From: Macrostomum lignano
Taxonomy: Eukaryota
Assembly (NCBI GenBank): GCA_002269645.1
Contig: NIVC01002515.1
Coordinates: forward strand, 101,479 to 165,478
Reading direction: 5' to 3'
Length of the DNA: 64,000 nucleotides
Part shown: positions 49,608 to 63,330 of the stretch, in pieces
How positions within the stretch are numbered: position 1 is the stretch's first letter
How the letters are laid out: each line of letters begins with the position of its first letter
Translations under genes and position numbers: made by a program
The notes under the pieces: model-generated
Seen by the model: the letters and a program-made list of their open reading frames with translations, nothing else
The model's database searches: none
Told to the model about the DNA's origin: nothing

Positions 49608-50980
49608 CTGTAGCTGCATGAAAACTGAAGAATATCTAAAATAGAAAACTGAAAACATTTTTGGCTGAATGCTGCGAGCATGCAGTTTCAGACAAAAGTG
49701 TCTGGTTATTACTATTATACTGATCTGTAGTATATTGTGTAGGTCACACTACAGTTACGCTGCTGTGGTATAATCTGCGTCAATCTGAATAATACCGACT
49801 ATATATATATATATATATATATATAATTGAAGCAGATCGGTAAACCTAAAATCTTCTGGATACTTCACGAGTAGTAAACTATTGAATGTTTACATTGCAA
49901 TTATAAGCTAATGGTCAATAGGTACATTTCAAGAACTTCTCTGTGTTAGCTTTAGTGCTAATGATATACGAAACCGAAATTTTATGGTACTGTTTAATAG
50001 AATCATTATGTACATCATTCTCCAGCTGGAAATTCTCTGAAAGCAATGTTTTCTATCTTTGTACGTGTTTATTAATTCATTTTGGAATGGCTGCTACGAG
50101 TCAGACGCAGTGTCAATTGTTCTGCCATGCAGAAATTTCATACAATAGTGTTGCTGGATCACAGGCTATAGGAAAGGAAGGCTGCTGCACGCAAACGAGA
50201 TAATGGGAGGCGTTCTGAAGTGTACAGGCAAGAATTCTCTCTACCCACTCTAACTTTTCTGCTCTATCCTCATCTCAGCCATCTTTCTCCTGCCGTTTGT
50301 ACATTGTTGTTGCTTTAAGACTTGGCCTTAGTCCTTCAGGACAGAAGAGTGAACGGTAGAGGTATAGGACTTGCGGGAGATGAGGAGGTTTCTTGCCTGC
50401 TTAGGAAAAACGGCAGGAAAGTCTCTCAGTGAAACACCACTATAGCGAGTATGCTGACTCTGCACTTTTAATACTGATTAGACTGGCGTATCTTCGATAT
50501 GCCAACAATCAGGAACAGGCTTAAATGCAGATTATTTATTCGTGTACGGATTAAGCAGACGTTTCCAACGTCTCCAACTTACTCAAGCAGACGTTTCCAA
50601 CGTTTCCAACTTACTCAATCAGACGTTTCCAACGTTTCCAACTTACTCAAGCAGACGTTTCCAACGTTTCCAACTTACTCAAGCAGACGTTTCCAACGTT
50701 TATCGACGTCGCTGGCGAATAGGTAGATTTACAAAATATCAACGTTCAGCCGACGTATGACGTCATTATCTGTTAGTGTAGCGTAAAAATACCCCCATTT
50801 GGCAGCTACACCTTTGATTCGGCATTGAGAACATTGTAGAGACAGTTTTATAGCGAAGGCATGACTTCAGATATCAATTTTTACGCTGATGGCAGCAACC
50901 AAACGGATACGAGCTTAAGTGCTATAAATACGCTCGAACACGTCATTGAATTCCTTTTATTTTTTAGTCGAAATTTTTTT
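49608..50980 (+). repeat. Diverged direct repeat, copy B; contains an (AT)n tract and a 32-bp tandem repeat (about 50552-50700)
   Basis: Shares the blocks listed for copy A; the 32-bp unit is AAGCAGACGTTTCCAACGTTTCCAACTTACTC. Confidence 0.88.
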
Positions 50981-51651
50981 AGTCGACCAATGGCCGCTCT
51001 GTGGCTGCTGCAGCTCGCTCCGTGGACAGAGTCTGTGGATCATCTAATCGATAGAAAGCCATTCTAAATGAGAATTTCTCTCATCGCGCGCACTAGCAGC
51101 AGCAAAGCGTACACACAGCAGCAGCATAATGCCGCCTCAAACAATTTAAGCAAATCACCGTCGCCTGATCGATGCCATCAACGCTGGGCACTCCATCAAC
51201 TCATCTACTTATCTCCATCTACTCATACTACTCATTTCTCATTTAGAATGGCTTTTCCTCGATTAGATTGTCCACAGACTCTATGGCCATGCAATACCAG
51301 TTTGCCAGTCTTATTTTGAATGTCCAAATTATCATTTAGTATTGCAAAAACAATACCCAAAGAAACAAATGTACAAGTAACAGATTATAATGTTTTAGAA
51401 AAGTAAGCAGTTGTCAACCAGTTTTTTGACTGGACCTTTAAAAGTGAGTCAATAGGTCGTACGAGTAACAGATAAACTCAATCAAAGTAGACAATCACCC
51501 CGCACAACTCCAAATTGACCCCCCCCCCCCAAATCACAGAACTCACCAGTTGTCGTGGACATCACTACCAATCACACCTTCAGACCAGAGTTGCTTTTCG
51601 GACGTCGGCTCTCATTGAATTCCCCGTCCTTCATAGATAAATTGAACCTAG

Positions 51652-52335
51652 GGGGAGAGGAGAGGAGAGGAGAGAAGAGAGGAGAGGCGAGGAGAGAAGA
51701 GAGGAGAGGAGAGGAGAGGAGAGGAGAGGAGAGGAGAGGAGAGGAGAGTAGAGGAGAGAGAGGAGAGGAGAGGAGGAGGAGAGAGAGGAGAGGAGAGGAG
51801 AGGAGAGAGAGAGGAGAGGAGAGGAGAGGAGAGGAGAGGAGAGGAGAGGAGAGGAGAGGAGGAGGAGAGGAGAGGAGATGAGAGGAGAGGAGAGGAGAGG
51901 AGAGGAGAGGAGAGGAAAGGAGAGGAGAAGAGAGGAGAGGAGAGGAGAGGAGAGGAGAGGAGAGGAGAGAGAGGAGAGGAGAGGAGAGGAGAGGAGAGGA
52001 AAGGAGAGGAGAAGAGGAGAGGAGAGGAGAGGAGAGGAGAGGAGAGGAGAGGAGAGGAGAGGAGAGGAGAGGAGAGGAGAGGAGAGGAAAGGAGAGGAAA
52101 GGAGAGGAGAGGAGAGGAGAGAGAGGAGAGGAGAGAATAGAGAGAAGAGGAGAGGAGAGGAGAGGAGAGGAGAGGAGAGGAGAGGAGAGAATAGAGAGAA
52201 GAGGAGAGGAGAGGAGAGGAGAGGAGAGGAGAGAGAGAATAGAGAGAAGAGGAGAGGAGAGGAGAGGAGAGGAGAGGAGAGAATAGAGAGAAGAGGAGAG
52301 GAGAGGAGAGGAGAGGAGAGGAGAGGAGAGGAGGG
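51652..52335. repeat. (GAGAG)n polypurine microsatellite
   Basis: Direct reading. Confidence 0.97.
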
Positions 52336-52639
52336 AGCTGAGAAGAGATAAAATCCTGAGGGAGCAGGATTGCTATTGTGAAGTTTCAAACGACCCGATG
52401 GTCGGAGTTTTCCATTCCTGGGCTATTTCATTAGGGGAAGCGACTGGTTAAAAAACTCTGATGCTCCTATTTGCTCACTGAATTGCTGCCGGTTAAAAAA
52501 TTACGTAGTCAGACAAACATCCGCCTAGCAAGCATCCGGCTAGTTAACTTCATATACGTCAGTGGGTTTTTTCACTGGGATTAAATTATTCTAACTGGCA
52601 TATATTGGTCAGAATCATTGAATCCATGCATTTTTGGTG

Positions 52640-53220
52640 CGGCATCCGCTGCTGTCGAGGCCCTGAGCTGTTGTGCAGCCCGACATCAAGGGTCCTCTGC
52701 CAGTCACCGAGTCAGGCAAGAGCTACATGTACATTCTCTGCTTCATCGATATGTTTTCAAAGTGGGTGGAGACTGCGGCACTCAGCCAAATCGACGCCAA
52801 GACAGTAGCCGGAGCCCTAGTGACCAGCGTCGTGCTGCGGCATGGTGTTCCCTAGGTCGTGTAGTCGCAGACCTCACTTTTTCCCTCGAGCGACGAGCGG
52901 CAACGGTAACGTTGAGAGATTCAAGACGACGCTTGGCAACATGCTTTCGGCCCTCTGCTCGGAGAATCAGACCGGCTGGGGACGCCCTGCTGCCCTATGT
53001 CTTGTAGGCCTACAACAGCTATGCGCGGATCTGCTGGCGAGAATCTGGCGGGGCTTCCAGGTGGTGCTAGCGCACCTGCACGCCGCTCAGAGGTCACAGC
53101 ACGAGTTCCACAACCGAGGAGCTGACAGGATCAAGTTCAAGATCGGCGACCGAGTGATGCTGACTGACGCACCAGGCTATGAAGCACGGACGGTGTAAGA
53201 TGCTATCGAACCGATGATCC
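52640..53220 (+). pseudogene. Gypsy/Ty3 LTR-retrotransposon integrase relic
   Basis: DIKGPLPVTESGKSYMYILCFIDMFSKWVE...VVLRHGVP*...SGNGNVERFKTTLGNML...AYN: an rve core with stops, frameshifts and deletions. Confidence 0.9.
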
Positions 53221-54454
53221 AGTCTTTTATTCCTTTATTCGGTCACGTGGTCTTTGTACGTGATATGGCTCTGTACATTTTAACATCTGCCCCTCTGGGG
53301 TTGAGTCGTTTTTATTCTATCGCTGACAATTTATGAATTGAATACTGTTGATCAATAATGCTAAATATACTTCATTTACATTGTCCCAGATTCTCGGCTT
53401 TTACAACGTATACAGTCAACGTATGAAAGTCAAGAAATATATTAATCTCGCGGATTTCATGGAATCCTACGGCAAGGTTCAACAAATTTAATAATAAAAA
53501 GTTTTTCATTTTCGAATTAAACTACTTATCAAGCAGAGTAGTATGTTCAAGAATTTATTTTAAGATACACTTGTATATACCTGTACACCATTCAGTTGTG
53601 ATGCTCAATCTTACCTAAATATACCTAACTACAATTCTATCATTAATCAATTTCTTCTAAGGCAGTTCTCAAACTCAAATTAGCCCATTAAGACATTAAG
53701 CTTGCAAAAGAAAACTTTTTAAACCCATCACTGCAGCGTGTGAATGGACTCGTAGATTCTGGGCGTACCCGTAAACACATTTATTGCATTTATATTAAAA
53801 AGACAAGAAAACGAAGGCAACCACAGACTCAAGCAGCTGTGCCCCTGCAACAGTGTTTAGACGCAAAGTTTACTCTCTCTGTGGGAAGCTTTATAATTAC
53901 ACGTCGCAAGTGCATTAAGTATAGTGGTCTCGCTATAGTTGCGACCGCAGGTGCAACGGTTCCTGTAGCTCCCTGCGCCTGTAGCTGAACAGATGTTTTT
54001 CATATAACCAGCTACTGTAGCGCTTTTTTCACGCCCACACACCCATTTTTGCTAATAAATCTCTATGCTTGTTTCTTCCAAGATCCATCAGCGAGATTGG
54101 GAAGTTTTCAGATTCTTAGCACCAAGTTGTCCGAATAAATATAAATAGAACTAAAAGAAGTCTCGATTTGTATGATTCGATATCCCTATTTACCATAGAC
54201 AATCGAGCTGTAGCTCCAGTTTGGCGGTATACATTTGCTTTTTATGACAAAACATTTATATACTCGCGTTGAAGCTAAAACCAATAAAGTTGATGTGGGG
54301 TAAGTGGGGTGGGGTGGGTGGTGATGTAGGGTGGGGTATTTACAGACTCACTCAGTAATTGTAGCGGGGGGGACATCCCAAGATTGTGGTGGGGTCAGTG
54401 CCGCAGACATTTCTCTGATGAGCAATCCATGATACAACATATTCCTTCATCCAT

Positions 54455-54768
54455 AATGAATAATAATATTAATAATAATTGATAACAACTGCCCTAGTGG
54501 GCAGATGTGCAACCGACAGCTCAGCCGCAGCTATTGCGCGGTGCATCTGAAGGCTGCGTACGGCTGTTCAGTCCAAGGACTGGGGGTCGCCACACACACC
54601 CTCAATTACCCCAGCTAACACAGGTATCCATTTACAGCTGGGTGAACTGAAGCAAAGCAGAGTTTAGTGTCTTGTTCAAGGACACAAATTGTTCCGAGTT
54701 TGTCGAGAATCGAACCCGCGACCTTCAAGTCGGGAGTCCGACGCTCTAACCGCTAGGCTACAACCCTC
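54455..54768 (-). mobile_element. tRNA-derived SINE with a conserved central domain and AT-rich (TTA)n-like tail
   Basis: A box TAGCCTAGCGG and B box GGTTCGATTC; body GTGTCCTTGAACAAGACACT...CACCCAGCTGTAAATGGATACC is typical of invertebrate SINE cores. Confidence 0.85.
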
Positions 54769-55659
54769 ATCCATGATTCCTATTTGTTCTGTTTTGTCTA
54801 AGATAGTTGTCTATTCTAGCAAGCAATCATCAACAGGCAAAATGCAACAATAACAACTGAATTTTTTCCTGAACTTTTCTTGATTAGCTAATTGATAAAC
54901 AGGTGAATTGATGAACATCAGTAAAAACATAACGTGCTTGCCTATAATTTCAAAATTAGTCGTGCAAACCGTGCTGTTCGCACCTTGAACTTTACCAGCG
55001 CATTTTTGTTGAACTACACAACGCCAATACGTTGTCATGGAAACGAGAGAACTGTAGTTTAATAATCACGCCCACGCAGCACGCGGCGTTTGATGCTAAC
55101 TAATTGCATCCAAGGCAGTTAAGATTAACAAATTATACTTTATGTTTCAATAACAAGCAATATTAATTTATTCGACAGTTAACGGCGGGGCCTAGCTGTT
55201 GCAAACTGTTATTATAATTGCTAATATCAATAGCCTGGCTAGTGTGTAGTTATACGAAAGAATGCATTAATTGCGAAGCGATTAGGCTTGAGACCATAGG
55301 TGTAGCTATAGGTAGTTGGTTTCATTTTGTTGGCATCGAGAAAAAGTTTGAGAGGTTTAGTAGCAACTTTTTTCCCGCGACTTGAACTGAAATTAACCCA
55401 TAGCTATTGAAGTTTCGTCATAGTTCGGTTACAAAAAAGGTACCGTTGCCCATATTTGTGTTAAAATCTAAGTGTGAGATATTCGACGGAATCATCTACA
55501 TGTAAATTTTTGCAACAACACCGCGACTGGGTTGACCTCTAAAAATGATTAAATATTTGTGACGCAATTTTATTCATTCTCTGGCATTTTACGCTTGTTA
55601 GATGACATTAAATTATTCAGGAGTAAATAAGGATAGTATTACATAAGATTCAACTAAAG

Positions 55660-56415
55660 ATTAGATTAGATTAAACTATATTAGATATTAGATTAGATAA
55701 GATAAGATTAGGTTAGATTAGATAATATTAGATTAGATTAGATTAGATTAGATTAGATCAGATGAGATCAGATTAGATTAGATTAGAGTACTAAATTAGA
55801 TTAGATTAGATTAGGTTAGATTTTTTTAGATTAGATTAGACTAGATTAGGTTAGATTAGATTAGATTAGTTTAGATTAGATTAGATTAGATTAGATTAGA
55901 TTAGATTAGATTAGATTAGATCAGATCAGATCAAATCGGATTAGATAAGATTAGATTAGATTAGATTAGATTAGATTAGATTAGATTAGATTAGATCAGA
56001 TCAGATCAAATCGGATTAGATTAGATTAGATTAGATTAGATTAGATTAGATTAGATTAGATTAGATTAGATTAGATTAGATTAGATTAGATTAGATTAGA
56101 TTAGATTAGATTAGATTAGATTAGATTAGATTAGATTAGATTAGATTAGATTAGATTAGATTAGATTAGATTAGATTAGATTAGATTAGATTAGATTAGA
56201 TTAGATTAGATTAGATTAGATTAGATTAGATTAGATTAGATTAGATTAGATTAGATTAGATAAGATTAGATTAGATTAGATTAGATTAGATTAGATTAGA
56301 TTAAATAAGATGAGATCAGATTAGATTAGGTTAGATTATTTTAGATTAGATTAGATTAGACTAGATTAGATTAGATTAGACTGAATTAGATTAGATTAGA
56401 TTAGATTAGACTAGA
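55660..56415. repeat. (TTAGA)n microsatellite
   Basis: Pure core at about 56030-56260 with degenerate flanks. Confidence 0.97.
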
Positions 56416-59400
56416 TCATCAGGTCCTCAATTCACACTAACTTTCGGTAAAAACGTCTTTTCCGATTCTACGCATGAAGTTTGCTGGCGGAGCAGGAAAA
56501 TGTTAAAGCAATAAAAACTTGTCTTTCATTCGGAAATACCATTACCAGCTATTCTGAGTCCGTTTTTAACAACATTAAAAACGTTTAAAAGACAGGAAAA
56601 TTAAGTATATTTTACAGTCCAACGAATGAAAACAATATAAAGAATTCGGAAACTTGTTAAAAAAACACATAGGAATGAAATTCCTGCAGTGTTTGTTATT
56701 TCATGCGGTAGGTAGATATAACTGTTGGATTGGTGCGAACTGCATAGTGAAGAGAGCTAGACTCTCATGTTTTTAGCTATAGTACTGCACTTGCAAGGGT
56801 AGCCGCATTGCTCAGGAAAAGTAATTCAAACTTGAGTCTGAGTGCACATTGCTTTCATGCAGTACGCGTGTCTGTCTAGAGACTCTCCTCTCCTCTCTCT
56901 CTCTCTCCTCTTCTCTCTCTCTCCTGCAGCATCACGGCTAAATGCAATGCGTTTGTGAGAGCGTCAACTTAAGTCTAAGCCGGCGAGCTATAGTTATCTG
57001 CGAATCGAGCTTGGAATTCCTGGAATGCCAGTCCGGGGGACAATTGTTGGGGGGGGGGGGGGGGTACAGATAGAGAAAAAATTCACGAGGTTAGCCTCAG
57101 GAAACAAATTCGTTCTCAAAGCTCATAAAGCTATCTAATAAGCATGCAGCCACACACGCAGCCCAGTCAGTTGTAACTGCAAGAATTCAATCTAGCACAT
57201 TTTTCTCTATTAAACGTCGCCTTTCTCTCGCCGGAGCTGTATATCTAACTATTGTTCATTTTTCCAGCATTTTTTCTGCACGGCTGCGTTTGAAGTTGTG
57301 TTTGACAATTGTTCAGACCTGTGAAAACCATTTAAAACTAGTAGTTATTGAAGTCTGAACGAATTCGACCTCTTTACCCTGGGGCTGTACGCAAACTGAC
57401 AAAGCTATATTCAACTTTATTTCTTGTCATAGCGGCAAGATTAACCAGCTGTTGTGATAACAAGCATCGAATCAGATGTCATGTCAACAAGAGTTGCATA
57501 TGCAACTGTTGATATTATAAGTCGGCCGTAGGACCACCCGGCAAGCTAGCCATTAACATGACCAATATTGGTGCTTATTGACTCGTGATGCAGTTAATTC
57601 ATAAATTCATAATTTTCAACCGTAAAAACGCGCGTTGTTTTCGTAAAATCCATGCAATTATAACCTAGCTATTTTTAGCATCATGCCCAAAAATGTCCAT
57701 ATCTCTCTAGCTTTTACCTTCTTGGAAAGCATTAAAAGCAAAAAGCAACAACCCCTACACCCCTCTGTAGCCAAGAATAGATCACTGCGGCATTGTGCGC
57801 ACAATTTTTATTTAGGGGGGGAGCACCAACCAAGTTTGGCGTCCACAGCGACAGCCAACCAATCGGCAATTCGCAACGTAAAAAGAGCCATAGAAAGCCG
57901 TTGGAGCAAGAAGAAGCGTTAAAAAATGTGTATCTCGAGTTAGAAGTTTAAAGTTGAGGCACGTTCGCTGCTCTCTATATAGTATAAATACAAGTCGCAG
58001 TAAGCCGTCTCGATTCCTGCGTACAAAAGAAGGACAGAAGAACAACTTATAAGCTCTTGCAATAATCATAAAAAGCAAGCTTAATTGCTCGGAGATTGTT
58101 GTATTCGCCGTCTGTGTCGCTTTCAGCTGAGAAGCAGGAGATCTGTTGATCTGACACCCGTCCATTCGTTTTTTTTTGGTAAGAATTTCGGCCATACCCC
58201 GTTGCTTTGTTTACGTTGATGATGCTATTCAACTCACATCGTATAGACTCGAGAGTCAGTAATCCCTTCAATGCATGCCCACACCGCCACAATAAATTAG
58301 TCTTCAAATGTCAAATCATCTGACATGTCCACACAGCTTTCATGGTCAGCCCGAAAAAATATTTGGTTGTTAAACTATACTATAGCTTTTCGTATGAGTA
58401 CTTTCTATCAGCGGTTCTTTACAACGTACATGTGAACACATGCACAGTGTGGCTTTAACTTTCTTAGAACCCCAGTCGGTTCAGTTAATCGATAAACGCG
58501 TCGGGAGACTGTACATTTGTTCCCCCTCTACCCCGGCCCCCGTCCGAACCCCACCCTATATTGAACCGCTGGGGGAATGTACATCCTTTGTTCTATTCCT
58601 TATCAGTAAATTAGTCTATCGATTGACACACCATACGAAAAAGCTTTTTATAAAACCATCGCAGTGACTGACTTGTGTTTTTTGCATGGGCCTCGTCTCG
58701 CTCAAGCCAAAGGCAATATCTTGCGAGGCAGCAATTAGCGAGCAATAATTGTGTTCAAATGCGCATCAAAATATATCAAAGTCAAGAAGACAAAATGATT
58801 TGATTAGAAATATCAATATAAGCGTAATATATTATTTTTCTGGTTACGGCCCAAGCAATTTTCATGACAGATTTTATAGGTCAGTACTTATTTTTTTGGC
58901 AAATAATTTGCGTCGATTTTTTTAATGCACAACATGTAACACTATTTGACATATAATTATGGACTATGTCTATAGTTCAAGTTTATAGCGTCCCCTTCAC
59001 CGCTAGGCCTAATTGAATTAGTTCCAGTACATGTTACTATAACTGCGCAGAATTGTATTAATTTTAGTTACAATTATGTTTCATATTTTACTTTCGTAAC
59101 AGGCAAACTGATTGCTCACTATGGTAGGATTGGTAAATGTATAAGAGAATATATAGGAAGTTGAATACAGTGTGCTAGTGTAGTGTGCCATATATTAGTC
59201 GAGGGGTTGACTCATTTCTCGGGGAAAAGTACTTGCTTAAAGTCACGAAGGGAGATCCATATAAAAAACGGTATACAAAAAACTTCCCAAATCCGGATCC
59301 TTTTTTGCGTGGGCGTTAGACTTAGAGACTTAGTATCTATAACCAAAATTGAAGTGAAAACTAATTTTCGAAGTTCCCATCTCTTTTCTTTCTTCAACTG

Positions 59401-59809
59401 TTGTCGGTTTGTTGTTGGAATTCGCGCAACGGCTTCAAATGCCTCTCCAGTCGTTGCAGACATTGATTTATGGGGCGAATTGCTGAAAACTTCTACTACT
59501 AGATTACAAAGTTGCATAAGCGCAATGCGAATAGATGTAGGATAGGAAAGGATGAGGCATAGGAACTGGCTATAAAGGTTGGCAAATTGTCTAGAGAAAG
59601 TACACCCTAGGGGGGAGAAGTCTGGCTTTCCTTCTTCATCTCTCTACACAACATATAGCTTGCAGGAACTATTTTTATCCCGCTTCTCAAGGTCACTTCC
59701 TCTAACTCCAACCCGATCCCAACCCAAATCCAGTAAATATGGGGAGGGATCTAAAAGAAAGGGGAATCCCGAAGAATTCCCTTTCTAATTCCGCTCGCCC
59801 GTGGATAGG

Positions 59810-60060
59810 GGGGGGAGGCGGGGAGATTGTGGAGAGTATGACTCACGGGGGGCACGCGTACTAAAGGAAGAGAAACCAAAGAACAGACAGGGAGAGAGTT
59901 GCCGTAGCCCCATCGCAGCTCCTCCCGAACGGCTGCCAAGATTAGGCGATGATTCAGGAATCCCAAATTTAGGCCCCTCCAATCGGGACCGCCGCGGCAG
60001 ACTTGCCTCGGGGAAAGTTGATTGCCCGAGTAGGGAATGACGTGGCCACTATATAAACCC
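59810..60060 (+). promoter_or_regulatory. Putative Pol II promoter of the LRR gene
   Basis: TATATAAA 60050-60057, TGACGTGG 60038-60045, TGACTCA 59839-59845 and a GC-box-like tract near 59810-59823, all within about 370 bp upstream of ATG 60175. Confidence 0.5.
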
Positions 60061-60174
60061 GCCATGCGGATGACTCCACTTCCTGCAGAATCTCTTCTTT
60101 CACTAAGACTATTGCTAGTATATTGAACCCTGGATTTTTGTCTTATTTTTATTTAACAGAAACATCATCGAGTC

Positions 60175-62129
60175 ATGACGGTCAAGGCGTTCTCCCCACT
60201 GCTGTTGTTTCTATTGCGGCTTCTACCTGTCCTGTCAGTCTCCATCGACAGCGGTCTAACCGGCGCTGGAGCTTCCATACCAGTCTATCCGCACAATGTC
60301 ACCAACATTGATCTATCCAACCAAGGCCTAGTGGGACGTCTGCTTCTGATCTTTCACTCCGAAGATCTCACTGACGGCGCTGCTACAACTACGCGAAGTC
60401 CGAACTTCGACTGGCGTCAGGTAAACATTGCTCTACTGAACTTGTCCGGAAATCCACAATTGACCAGCTTCAGCGTTGATGTTGCTTCCGGCAAGCGCAT
60501 GGACGGACTGTACATCGGCGAGTTGGACATTGGTGGCACGCAGTTGGCGCCACTGCCTGGTCGATTGTTCCAACCTGCTCAAACTGCATCATCCGACGAG
60601 CTGCTCATTAGCATCCGAATGCTCACAGCCAACGGTACCGCAGTCTCTGAGCCGCTTGACCTGACCGAGGCCACCGACTACATGTACAGCCTCCGAGTGG
60701 AGACATTCTCTATAACTGGCTGGAAACTGGTGAACGAAAATCAACTACCAGCCAGTATCACCAGTCACCGGGCGAACAGTTGCGCTAGTAAACGATTCAA
60801 CAGCATCTACGTGACTGGCCTGGTGTCCAGAGACGGCGTCGATCTTGTTGGCGTGGCCGGCAGCAGCTCGCAGCTGGCCGTCAGCGACACAATCGATTTC
60901 AGCGACAACCGCCTGCGCACTCTGGCCAATGTAACCTTCAATGCTAGACGAACGGATCTGAGCGGAAACCGACTGGTAGACCTGCCGAACGTCTTCTTCC
61001 GGCCTGGAAGCGTCTGCCGAGCTGTGGTCACGGGATCGCCCACCCTGCTGTTGAGGCGCAATCAGCTCAGCCCGAAAGCGTTGGACAGGCTGGCTGGACA
61101 GAGATTCTCTGGCTTAGATTTGGCCGAAAATTCCAACCTGCTCAAAGCGTCAGAGTCCGAGACTTTGTCGCAAATCTACGTGTCCGAGTTCTCGACTTGT
61201 CCGGACTGTGGGGCGGTGACGCCGAGCTGTCAACACTGCTGACTCGCTTTCGCCTGTTTGACCCATCGGCCGCTTTGGATTTGAGCAGTCGTCGATTTCG
61301 TCTGTCTCTGGCCGACAATTGGTTGCCAAATTTGGCGGCAGCAGCCGAACTGGTTGACAGGTTTCTAAGAAACAGCGACGGCAATAACCGATCGGTTCAC
61401 CTGGACATTAGCGGCAATCCTCGGCTAGTGCACTTGAACCTGTCCGAACTGCCGGAAAACTTGTTGGCCTCTGTGACCATCAGACGGCTGCAGCACCTGC
61501 ACTCAGCCTCCATTCGCATCGAGGGCGACGCCGCTGCCGCGTCAATGGAGCGACTTCGTCGGAGAGGCCAACGGCCGACCATCGACGATCTGGTTGGGCT
61601 GTTGTTCCAGCGCGGCACGGCACTTCGCCTGGACGCCCAGTCGAGCGACTGCTGCCTTCGAGCCGACGCCAGCGAGCTGGTGTGCAGCTTCGAGACGTCT
61701 CTCCAGTCGTCGTCGCCGATTCACCGACGATCGCGACTCGGCACCGTCTTCTGCTACGATGAGAAGGACAGCGCCAACGGCTACGGCTACGGCTACGGAC
61801 ATCTGCCGTACCCACCAGAGCTGCCTTTGCTCTTCTCCTGCGTCGTTCTAGGCATTGCTCTCCTGCTGGGCGTCGTCACCGGAGTGGCCTTCTTCTACGC
61901 CAGACGGCGCAGTCGAGGAAAGTACGCGGTGTACAGCGTCTACGATATGCAACAGAAGTTGAAAAGTTTGCAGCAGCAGCAGCAGCAACAGCCGCACCAG
62001 TTGGCATCTGTTGGTCGAAGTCACCCTTCAGGAGTCGGCCCGACTGGCAAACCAGTGCTGCTCAAGGCTGTCAGTGTAGTTCAACTACCTACGGACTCCA
62101 GCGTTGCAACCAATGCTACGCATTTGTAG
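60175..62129 (+). CDS. Leucine-rich-repeat type I membrane protein of about 650 aa, split by a 1-nt frameshift near 61189-61191
   Basis: Signal peptide MTVKAFSPLLLFLLRLLPVLS; LRR-like motifs IDLSNQGL, LNLSGNPQL, IDFSDNRL, TDLSGNRL, LDLAENSNL, LSLADNWL, LDISGNPRL; TM LLFSCVVLGIALLLGVVTGVAFFYA followed by RRR. Adding one base restores EFLDLSGL and joins the two ORFs. Confidence 0.8.
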
Positions 62130-62889
62130 GTATACATAAATTCGTAGTAAAAATGCGCTACTAGCCTACTTACTATAAGTAGTGTATCTGCCATTTTGCA
62201 CTCTTTTTGCTGTCGCGCGCGAATCTTCAACGAACAAATTTGTATAAGCACTGCTTGATAAGTTTATGCTAGCCGCATTTTCAGCTTCTTTTAGTAGTAG
62301 CATCTATAAAAAAACCTTTGTGTACCTCTGCTATTCATTGTAACTTTGTTTTTGCATATTAGTAATCTCATTCGGACATTTTTTGCCAGGATTAGTAGAT
62401 CGCTTATTCTATTTATATCGAAATAATGATGCACAGCTTATATATACATTTATTCACTTTGCAGGTGCACATTGAACTCATACTCACTCCACAAAATTGT
62501 TGATTTTGTACAGAAATTTCCTCTTTATATTAGCGCCAAGTGACTGAGAAATCTTGAATGCTAATTGCTAATGCACATTTTTGTTCTCTGCAACATTTCT
62601 GCTTTTATTCCACTTAATAACTGGCCGCGTCTTGTGAGTTACATGTACAGCTCAATCAGTATTTGCAAGTCCTTGCTCGAATGCTATCCCATTATTTGGT
62701 AGATCACCGACGTTGCATTTCGAATCTTTATCGAATAAATATGGATGTTAATGATCTTCGACCTCAGCTTCATCAAATCGCGTTTTATAAAATTTGAATA
62801 TTAAACAGTGAAATTGATTTGCTCCTTTAATTACAAATCCAAATATTCATGTGTGGGTAAAGTAAGACTGGAAGGTAAGCTGGAAGGGA

Positions 62890-63330
62890 TAAAGCCCAGC
62901 AACTGAGTATGTGGGAGGCCGGCCCTGCAAATGACACTGTGGGAGGCTGGCCCAGCAACTGAGGATCTAGGAGGCTGGCCCAGCAACTGAGGGTCTGAGA
63001 GGCTGGTGGCCCAGCAACTGAGGATCTGGGAGGCTGGTGGCCCAGCAACTGAGGATCTGGGAGGCTGGTGGCCCAGCAACTGAGGATCTGAGAGGCTGGT
63101 GGCCCAGCAACTGAGGATCTGGGAGGCTGGTAGCCCAGCAACTGAGGATCTGGGAGGCTGGTAGCCCAGCAACTGAGGATCTGGGAGGCTGGTGGCCCAG
63201 CAACTGAGGATCTGGGAGGCTGGTAGCCCAGCAACTGAGGATCTGAAAGGCTGGCCCAGTAACTGGGGATCTGAGAGGGTAGCCCAGCAACTGAGGATCT
63301 GGGAGGCTGGTGGCCCAGCAACTGGATGTC
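62890..63330. repeat. 31-bp minisatellite (CCCAGCAACTGAGGATCTGGGAGGCTGGTGG)n
   Basis: Period 31 (63001, 63032). Confidence 0.95.

Noticed and set aside
54695-54768. tRNA gene
   Set aside because: A and B boxes are present, but there is no closing acceptor stem and it runs into a SINE body and tail.
55660-56415. (TTAGA)n as a telomeric or interstitial telomeric repeat
   Set aside because: It differs from TTAGG and TTAGGG, is internal, and degenerates on both sides like an ordinary microsatellite.
57812-59545. Several 80-127-aa ORFs that might be transposase or LINE fragments
   Set aside because: No recognisable catalytic or structural motifs; they cannot be supported without a database search.
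61181-61200. Programmed ribosomal frameshift in the LRR gene
   Set aside because: No slippery heptamer or evident stimulatory structure; a 1-nt deletion or sequencing error is simpler.
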